From assembly GCF_006345805.1 (NCBI RefSeq), contig NC_043006.1, positions 102,052,001-102,116,000 on the forward strand: a DNA stretch of 64,000 nucleotides, given 5' to 3'. A program made the translations under genes and the position numbers. Under the pieces are notes generated by a model. That model was not told the origin of the DNA. It was given only the letters and a program-made list of their open reading frames with translations, and did not search any database. How positions within the stretch are numbered: position 1 is the first letter of the stretch; the number at the start of each line of letters is the position of its first letter. Source of the DNA: Octopus sinensis (lineage: Eukaryota). Positions 54,831 to 64,000 of this stretch are shown here, piece by piece.

Positions 54831-55593
54831 AATCCAGGAAACCAGTCTTATGAGCATGTGACTTATGAAGGCCCGCTGTTTTTTTTTCTTTCTTTGAAAT
54901 ACTAATGCCAACTTACTGGACTTTATTAGAATTACAAATTCATTAAAAGTTGGGAGCCAACTTTTAATTGGATTTGGCACACCTGAGCAAGGTTATCAGT
55001 TCTAATGGTGTGTTTATTTCTTTTTTGATTATTCTCAAACATCATACATCAAAGTAAATTCAATTTCCTACAACAATATAGGATATAGTATGTACTATAA
55101 TATATCTTATTCCAAAGATCAACACTTCTGAACTTGCTAATTATTAGCCTTTCCTCCTTATGTCTAACATCTTTTAACCACCCACAGTCTTGTGAAGATC
55201 ATAGCACTTTCACTCCTTATATACATTCCACTACATTCTCTGTTTTCATAAACAAAGATCTCAAAATATCCTCCAAGTAAAACATCACCACCTGGACTCC
55301 ATCAAAAGCACCAAAAAATAATCAATGTAGCTATTAAAGAAATATGTGTGCAATACTACTTCTGAGTAACACAGCTAAAATACTCAACTACAAATGTAGG
55401 GTCTCACAATCTCTTACAATTTTACATTGCCTACCGGCATGATTGTCTGGTAAGAAGTTTGCTTCCCGACCAATATGGTTCTGGATTCAGTCCTACTACT
55501 TGGCACCTTGGGGAAGTGTCTTCTACTATAGTCCTGGGTCAACGAAAACCTCATGAGCAGATTTGGTAGATTTGGTATATATACTTATATCTA

Positions 55594-57213
55594 CACTGGT
55601 CAAAAGAAGTTTAAGACCAATGATGACATTTCTATTCCTTCATTAGTTTATTTTTAACAAACAATACTGTATAAAATTATTTTACTTTTTACAGTTTATG
55701 TAGAATTTTTTTCTCTTTCGAATGATATAGGTATTATATATCTTTCTATAATTTGAATAATTTTAATGTGCAATTAATTCAAATGATTAAAAATTGTTGG
55801 CAAAATAAGTTTTAGAAAGTACCAACATTATTTTGTTTAATTTGAAAATTTATGGTACAAATGATCAGCGAATAAAAATTTATTATTAGTATCTAGTTCC
55901 ATAGCCATTATTTTGAATTATGGCCTTACAACAACAGGACATGGAATTCAACAAATAAGCACAAAAATCACTTGGAATGTTCTGCCATATTTCTTCAATA
56001 AAATTAAGTAATTGAGACAAATTTACTGAGTCTTTTAGCATGAATTCTTTTAGAAACATAATTTCACATATTTTCTATTTGATTCAAATCCGGGCTCTGT
56101 AGAGGCCACTTAATAACCACCATATTATTGTGCTCAAAACATGGAAAATCTTTCCCAGCCTTATGAATGGGGCAATTGTCATGCTGGAAAATAGATTATT
56201 TAAATATGCCAGCTCATTTTCAATTACTAATTGCAGATAGCCTACACTGTTCAGTCTGCCATCAACTTTAACAATTGGACCAACACCTGAGCTGCTGAAT
56301 GCGGCCCACACCAGTACTCACACACACACAGACACACACATGTCCTGCTTGCACCGTTTTCTTGGCATACTTAGGATGGAATTCTTCAGCTGGATGGCAT
56401 CTAACATAAGTCTTTCCATCTGATCCAAAGATGCAGAAGTGGGATTTGTCGCTCCAAAGAACTTTTGACCAGTCTTCAGCCGTCCATTCAATATGGCTTT
56501 TAGCAAACTTGATCCTCTTCCGCCAGTTCATCTCTGAAATTATCAGCTTCTTTCGAGCGATCTGGCCAAGCAGCCCAAATTCTTTCAGGCAGTTTGTGAT
56601 GTAAAGCTGATGTCAGTTTCATCAGATAATTGCTTGCAAATGTCCACTGCTGTTAGCATTTGATTATCTTCAGAGAGCCTATGAATTTGCTGATCCATCT
56701 GTACTGTTTTTTTTTTCTTGGAGCGCCCATTCTTTGCCGATTTTTGTATTGGCCAGTGGCTTGGTAAAGCTTCCATGCTTGAACTCAAGCATGTTTTGCT
56801 GCATCCTAATTGCTTCCTAATGTTCATGAAGGACACATTTTGCTGACGAAGCAACATCATCTTAGATGTCGTAACTCAGTTGATACTACGAATTAATGCG
56901 TAAAAATACTCGATTATTAAACAAAACAGTGCAATACGACCAACGATATGACCACCCATTTGGTTTATTAATTTGCATAATCTACGTATGGTCTTAAGCT
57001 TATTTTGCCAACAATTTCTAATCTTTTGAACTAATTGCACATTAAAATTATTCGAATTGTAGAAAGATATATAATGCCTATATCATTATTCAAAAAAGGA
57101 AAAATATTTACATAAACTGTAAAAAGTAAAATAATTTTATACAGGTTTGTTAAAAATAAACTAATGAAGGAATAGAACTGTCATCATTGGTCTTAAACTT
57201 CTTTTGGCCAGTG
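55594..57213 (-). mobile_element. Tc1-family DNA transposon, full length (1620 bp), ~220-bp TIRs
   Basis: CACTGGTCAAAAGAAGTTTAAGACCAATGATGAC... pairs with ...GTCATCATTGGTCTTAAACTTCTTTTGGCCAGTG. TA TSD at 55592-93 and 57214-15. Confidence 0.95.
55886..56860 (-). pseudogene. Tc1 (DDE) transposase pseudogene
   Basis: Reads RIKFAKSHIEWTAEDWSKVLWSDKSHF, VWAAFSSSGVGPIVKVDGRLNS and SPDLNQIENM, ending NNGYGTRY*. It has frameshifts and stops. Confidence 0.9.
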
Positions 57214-57632
57214 TATGTGTGTTTGTTCCTCAACATCACTTCACAACCAGTACTGGTTTGTTTACATGCCTGTAACTTAGGACGTAACGTCAGCAGAAGA
57301 GACCAATAGAATAAGCACCAGGCTTAAAAATATAAAAAAATAACTACTGGGACACTTTGAAGTGATGCTACTGCATGGCTGCTGTCCAATAACTGAAACA
57401 ATTAAACAAAATAAATCTGTCATTGCAGGACCATTCATTGTCGAGGTTTCATTTACCAATATGCAATAGGCACTGGTTGTTTTCTCTATCTGCTTCTTCT
57501 AGAGCTTCTACAAAAACATTAATCTTTCTCTACCTCATCTCTGCTGTGTCCAGTCACCTGGTTCTACTAAATATTTCCTCCAATTATTACTCCCAGAATT
57601 ATTCTACAGACGTCAACTGTGAGCCTACTGCT

Positions 57633-57845
57633 TTAACCCTTTAGCATTCAGATTTTATTCTGTCAAATGCAATGCTTATTTATTCACATTATCTTGAATT
57701 AATCATGCATTATCTCACTGCTTCAAAATTTTGGTGATGTTTTTATTTTTAGAATGGCATTGTAGGGTAGATGTGAGAAGCTAGATCTAATCAGTTTGAA
57801 TATAAACAGATAGACAGATGGCTGGTTTAAATGCTAAAGTGTTAG
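57633..57845. mobile_element. piggyBac-like TTAA MITE (same family as 32574)
   Basis: TTAACCCTTTAGCATTCAG ... AATGCTAAAGTGTTAG (right end degenerate). Confidence 0.8.
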
Positions 57846-58071
57846 TTTCATTTCTCTGGAATTGCTACAAAAACCAAGGTTATTTTTCCTTCCTCCATTG
57901 ATAAAAAAATAATTTTTTTACTTTATAGAGCACAAAATTTCTCAATTTCTTTTTCTTGAATCATGAAATTTTTTCATATTATAAAACAATTATATTTATT
58001 GTAGCAAAAGCTGTATTTAATCTAATTTAGAAGTTTTATCTCCATGATATACCAGTTTCATCAGCAATGGG

Positions 58072-58279
58072 TTAACCCTTTCGTTACCAACCCAACTGAA
58101 ACTGGCCCTAGCTCTGAGTACAAATGTCTTGTTTTCATAAGTTTGGAATTAAATTCTTCCACTAAACCTTAGTCACAAGTTATGTTCCTAACACTAGCTG
58201 AATGATAACTAAATTATTTTACTAAATTGTTTGTTATATCTAAAGCATTTCAAAATAAATACAGTAATGAAAGGGTTAA
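58072..58279. mobile_element. piggyBac-like TTAA MITE, second family
   Basis: TTAA-CCCTTTCGTTAC ... GTAATGAAAGGG-TTAA. Confidence 0.85.
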
Positions 58280-58619
58280 TTGCCATAGATATTAACCTTT
58301 ATTATGGAGTATTTGAATTTAAGAATCTCACAAAACCTTACAAATATTTTGCTTCAGAATAATCTTTAAGTTTCTGGGCAAAACAAACATTTCTTCACAT
58401 AAAATATGAAATAATCTTCATATAAGCAGATTTGATTCAATGAAGCTTACCATTTGTACTACTTCATCACTTATAATTTTTTTTAAATATACATATGTAG
58501 ATAAATCTTTGGCAATGCAACAATTGTTAAAAGTTTCTCCAACAATTTACATTCCTCCAGAATGTAAGAAATTTCACAGTTTCAGTTTTAGTGTTTTAAC
58601 ATTTTAGTAATGGTTTCAA

Positions 58620-58815
58620 AGCACAAGGCCAGTGCTTTTTGAAGGGAGGAGTAAGACAGTTACATTAGCCCCGGTACTTGATTCACAGTTATCTTATCAA
58701 TTCCAATAGGATGAAAGGCAAAGTCATCCTCGGTCAAATTTGAGCTCAGGACATAAAGATGGACAAAATACTGCTAAGCATTATTATTAACACTTTTAAT
58801 GACATTTTTAATATT
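58620..58815 (-). mobile_element. SINE family C, degenerate
   Basis: GGATGAAAGGCAAAGTCATCCTCGGTCAAATTTGAGCTCAG is the reverse complement of the family C body. Confidence 0.7.
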
Positions 58816-60709
58816 ACCATTTTTAATAATAACCAAGAAACCCTTACAGATGCTAAGTGTCATAGATCCACATTTCAAAATAAAATTGCACATCTCTCTC
58901 TTTATATTTTTCATGGGTTATTTAAAACTTATCTGAATCAATAAATTGTTATTGATCATGCACTCAACAGCAGCAAATTTATATAACACAGATACCCAAA
59001 GTAGTTCTATCATTTATTGCCCTTTTATCATTAGTTTCCAATTTGAGATGTTTATATAGTTTATTTTCTTTTCACTTCTGCATTTCTCTTATATCAGCAG
59101 TTTATAGAAACAATGAAAACTGGTGGTTTATTTTCATTTCCTTATTATCCCTTACATTTTCTTAATCAACATTATTTTTGTTTGCAATATCATTTGCAAT
59201 GTTCCCTTTCTTTTTCTTTTCTTTTTCAGTCATTAATTCATAGACTCCTAATATTTTTTCTTTATATTTATTACCAATAATAAAATCCGCATCAATATAA
59301 CCAGCAACAATGAAAAAAATTTGATTTGATTATGAATGCTATTATTATTGTTGACAGCATAAAATACACTAATCACTTGAGGGATGCAACTAGAAAGTTG
59401 GTTACAAATGCCAAACATTTCGATGGTTCTGTGTAGATATGTTTAATGTGTGATGTTTTCTCGAAGATCATTTCCATTTCAGTAAAAAGAGAAAATATTT
59501 AATAATACTTAGTTTACACCCCTGACATATTAAGGCACATAATACTGTTTGCTCCAGTTTGTCTGAACAATACTACTAGATTCCTTACTTGTAGTTTGAA
59601 ATATTAGCTGTAGGAAGAGCATCCAGCTATAAAAATGATTACTTCGGCAACAAAATGTCCTTTCCACCCATGAAACTAAAGCAAAATGAATGGGTAAAAA
59701 AGGAAAATAATAAATTTAATTATGATTTACTCACAAATAGCAATTTTTTATAGAATGCAAATGTACACTCATATGTGTATAATGAAAATCAATTTCTTTT
59801 TTTAGTTCTTTGACTATGTATCAGTTTATTTTTTATAGCACTGATATGAAAAGTTATAAAGTTTAACATCCAAAATAACTCCATTTTTATTCCATTTTCT
59901 ATTATCTTCGATTTAGTTTGAAGTAAAATATATTAAACAGAGATGATATCCCTGGTGTAAAACATGTTTAGTGTCTAATGAAAGGCAGCACATTATCAAT
60001 CACTTGTCTTTGAACCATGTATAGGCTATCAGCTCTTTTAAACTTTTTCCTTTCATCTTTTCTTCTTTACTTGATTATTTCATCTCCTTTCTTTCTTCCC
60101 TCCCACAAATATCACAAACGCAAGTCCGCGGTGCCTGCATCAATATCCTCTTCATCTACTCCCTGGAGATACACTTTCTGAAGCGGTTTCTCTACCTAGA
60201 TATCTTTATCTTAAAAGTTTATTTTGCTTTCATTTTGTTTTTACCTTAAACTTCTTTGTTTTTGTTTTTTGTTTTTGGCTTCTTTTTTTTTACTATTATT
60301 GCTAATGTTGCATCATGATTATCTTTTATAAATTCTTAGCTTATATTCTCACTACTTATTTTCCACAAACAAATCTGGTGCATGATTAAATATCTAAGGC
60401 TGAATCCCATACATAGTGAGCGGCTGGTTGGTTTTGCTCTTAAAAAGTTGAATTTCAACCAGCCCCATACTTGATAGTATTTACTCATCTCAAAAATTTT
60501 CTCAGCTGTAAAATACAACTGAACCCACAAGGATGAGTGTGTGTGTGTGTGCTAGTCAGAAGATTAACCAATACTGTAACCCATTTCAGGGCCTCTGAGG
60601 CTGGTGAGTAGGAGGTAGAAAAATATCCTCAAACAGGAAATCTGGCCCACATTTTTGCAACAGAGTGAACTCGACTAAAGACACCTAAGGTGTAAATGGG
60701 GAGTACTAA

Positions 60710-61017
60710 TCATCATCATCATTGTTCGACCATGGTCGAGACAATGGAATTTACCATGCTACACCAGACTTCACGGTCCATCATGGCATTACAGAGTTCC
60801 TGTTGTTGGATGCCTGTATCCCTGGAGATTACATCAGGGTAGGAGAGTGTGCGCCCTCTGGTATTGCAAGTAGATGGCTTCCAGAGGAGAAGAGTAGAAA
60901 TTACCTCTTTTTCAGCTCTACCACAATGTCCAGAAAACTGGACTCTTCTACCTTTCACAAGAGATGACACAGGTGGCAGTTTCCCATATATTTGGACTTT
61001 GGTTGGATGGGAGTACT
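60710..61017 (-). mobile_element. RTE-like LINE 3' end, second family
   Basis: The minus strand reads SHPTKVQIYGKLPPVSSLVKGRRVQFSGHCGRAEKEVISTLLLWKP...RGRTLSYPDVISRDTG...AMMDREVW with an open frame, then a (GAT)n tail. Confidence 0.75.
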
Positions 61018-61214
61018 AAACTGAGTGGAAGACCACCACCCAAGTAGAGTAGGGTGAGATTTGAAACTAGAACACAAAGATCCAGCACAAGTATTACAAA
61101 GCATGCAGTGTGACATTGTAGCAGTTCCACCAATGTGCTATCTTAGACTGGTGATGGACTTGGTATGTTTTTATCAACTTTGAAAGGCTGAAATGCAATG
61201 TTGACCCCAACTGG

Positions 61215-61579
61215 ATTAGTATTGAGTCTTTTATTCAGTGCAAAGTGTACATAACTGCACAACTATATTAAAAAAAAAAAAACAAGCAACATATTCTTTC
61301 ATATTTTACTTGTTTCAATCATTAAACTGTGGCCATACTGGGGCACCACTTTGATGGGTTTAGCTGAACAAATTAACCCCAGCATTTAGTATTTTTTTAA
61401 AAGTCTGATACATATTCTATTAGTCTCTTTTTGCCAAACTGCTAAGTTATAAGATATAAACAAACCAATACCAGAACTGAGAGTGCAGAGAGCTGAAACA
61501 AACACCACAAATTATTATCAAATCTGTCAAATAGATGCACACAAACACACACATACACACACACATATACACACACACA

Positions 61580-61626
<47 letters not shown>

Positions 61627-61939
61627 GCATGGCTGTGTAGTAAGAAGTTTGATTTCCAACCACATGGTTCTGGAATCAGTCCCACCACCTGGCACCTTGT
61701 TTATATCTTATAACTTAGCAGTTTGGCAAAAAGAGACTAATAGAATATATATCAGACTTAAAAAAAAATACTAAATGCTGAGGTTAATTTGTTCAGCTAA
61801 ACCCATCAAGGTGGTGCCCCAGTATGACCACAGTTTAATGATTGAAACCAGTAAAATATGAAAGAATATGTTGCTTGTTTTTTTTATATATTTGTGCAGT
61901 TATGAACACTTTGCACTGAATAAAAGACTCAATACTAAT
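61215..61939. repeat. Local inverted duplication (~245-bp arms, 233-bp spacer)
   Basis: 61215-61463 is the reverse complement of 61697-61939. The match covers ~75 bp of non-SINE flank plus the SINE A 3' half. Confidence 0.95.
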
Positions 61940-62053
61940 TATGGTATCAGCTAAATGCAATGTTATATCTAAAAAGTTCACTCATTCTCTTCACTGTTCT
62001 ACTGTGATATTGAATCCTTATTGTTGGGAGAAATGGCAGAGATCTTTCTGGAA

Positions 62054-62463
62054 TACTCTTTTACCCTTTTACTTGTTTCAGTCATTTGACTGTGGCCATG
62101 CTGGAGCACCGCCTTTAGTCGAGCAACTCGACCCCGGGACTTATTCTTTTGTAAGCCCAGTACTTATTCTATCAGTCTCTTTTGCCGAACCACTAAGTAA
62201 CAGGGACATAAACACACCAGCATCGGTTGTCAAGCAATGCTAGGGAGGCAAACACTGACACACAAACACACACAGACATATATATATATATATATATATA
62301 TATACGACGAGCTTCTTTCAGTTTCCGTCTACCAAATCCACTCACAAGGCTTTGGTCGGCTCGAGGTTATAGTAGAAGAAACTTGCCCAAGGTGCCACAC
62401 AGTGGGACTGAACCCGGAACCATGTGGTTGATAAACAAGCTACTTACCACACAGCCACTCCTA
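62054..62463 (-). mobile_element. SINE family A, full length
   Basis: Colinear with and highly similar to 11-425. Confidence 0.9.
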
Positions 62464-63116
62464 GATTTAGGGTTCATGTTTCATATTAATCCATCATTTC
62501 ACTGTTGATCTTCTATGAATGGAAAAGCTTCCTTTCATTCTGTGTAAAATATACAAACCCACTACATCACTGACTTCTCCTTCCTGCCCTCACCACTTTT
62601 GTGGTTTTGCTTACTATATCAACTGGCTACATATATTACTACTGTATAGAAGGAAATTTTCAGCTTAGCAGTGTTTTGGAAAGCCAGTATTGGTAAAACT
62701 TCAAAGAAAATAGCCAATATTAATAAATATTCTGTGTGAGTATACAGTTATATATAAGTGTGTGTGTGTGTGTATGTATGTATATTATGTACGTATGTGT
62801 GCATGTGTATGAAAGTATTGCTATGTGGTTAAGGCGCTTGCTTCCCAACCACATGATTTTAGGTTTTGGGGTTCAGTCCCACTGTGTGGCACCTTAGGCA
62901 AGTGTCTTCTACCGTAGCCCAGGCTGATGGTAATATCATTATTATATTTGTGCTGGATGCTTTCATGTTGCAGTAAGTCTACTGCAAACCAACTGTGTGA
63001 TAAAACCAACTGTGTGATGCAATTACTAATTCTCATTTGTAACCAATTTACTTTATGAAATCATGAATATCACAACTTCTTACTTTCCCTCCCATTCAGC
63101 TGAAATCGGATTTCAT

Positions 63117-64000
63117 TACAGGGATGCTGTCAGTAAGGTGAGGGTTGGCAACGATTATAGTGAAGCATTCCAAGTAGAAGTAGGGGTTCGTCAAAGATCA
63201 GTCCTCAGTATTCATTATAGCCCTCCTGGCAATAACAGAGGAATTCAAGACAGGCTGCTCCTGGGAGCTCCTCTATGCTGATGATCTTGCTCTAATAGCC
63301 GAGTCACTGCCAGAACTGGGGACGAAGTTTAGGGTGTGGAAGCAAGGTCTAGAATTGAAGGGCCTTAGGTTTAAACTAGCAAAATCCAAAGCCTTAGTAA
63401 GTAGGAAGGCCATCAAATCACAACCCTCTTCAGGTAGAAAAAGCATGGACAGCAAGTTCATATGATATACCTGATGTAACCTATGGACACATAAAAGGTG
63501 CAGCAATAACAAAGGAAGGTTAACTGGGAAAATAGTTTTTGTGTGTGGCAGATGCACTGGGGCAATAAACACTGAAGATGTACAGAAAACAAATTCCATC
63601 TCATGACAATGGGAGAAACTAGAAGTAGTTAATACCTTCTGCTACCTAGGCGACCAAGTCTGTAGTGGGGGCAGTTACTCTGAGAGTGTATTGACTAGAG
63701 TAAGAATAGCCTGGGCAAAGTTCAGGGAGCTCCCACCTCTGCTGGAAACTAAGAGCCTCTCACTCATGATGAAAGGTAGACTGTATGACACATGTGTGAA
63801 CTGCCATGCTACATGGCAGTGAAACATGAGCCATGACTGCTGAGGACATGCGTAGGCTTGAAAGAAATGAAGCTAGTATGATCCGCTGAATGTGTAATGT
63901 CAGTGTGCATACACAGCAGAGTGTAAAGTGCCCTGAGAGAAAAGTTGGGCATAGGAAGCATCAAAGGTGGTATGCAAGAGTGGTGACTGCACTGGTTTGG
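63117..64000 (+). mobile_element. RTE (BovB-like) LINE reverse-transcriptase fragment, runs off the window
   Basis: Reads YRDAVSKVRVGNDYSEAFQVEVGVRQ, WELLYADDLALIAES (YADD at 63274-63285), FCYLGDQV and RIAWAKFREL, with frameshifts and stops. Confidence 0.93.

Larger units (their letters stand above)
55431..57420 (+). mobile_element. SINE family A split by a Tc1 insertion
   Basis: The 5' half is 55431-55591 and the 3' half is 57216-57420. The Tc1 sits in the central TA/TG tract. Confidence 0.8.

Overview
AT-rich, microsatellite-dense animal genomic DNA. The SINE, RTE-LINE and MITE families and the (TA)n/(CA)n/(TACA)n load match what I recognise from Octopus genomes; the species call is inference. 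I could not identify any host protein-coding gene with confidence. Nearly all ORFs in the supplied track are microsatellite read-throughs or transposon remnants. Supported content: at least four tRNA-derived or LINE-tail SINE families; RTE-clade LINE fragments, one with YADD at 63274; two R4/Dong-type RLE LINE fragments abutting (TAA)n; a 601-bp solo LTR with a 4-bp TSD inside a SINE; an internally deleted mariner; a full-length but decayed IR/DR Tc1 inside a SINE; and several MITEs. The most unusual structures are a ~245-bp local inverted duplication that includes non-SINE flank (61215-61939), a 105-bp-arm inverted repeat (18203-19440), a 34-bp-stem hairpin (25051-25138) and a 637-bp tandem duplication with all its differences in one half (40745-42006). 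A few short minus-strand exon candidates are listed only as low-confidence findings. Repeat boundaries are approximate unless a TSD or TIR is quoted.
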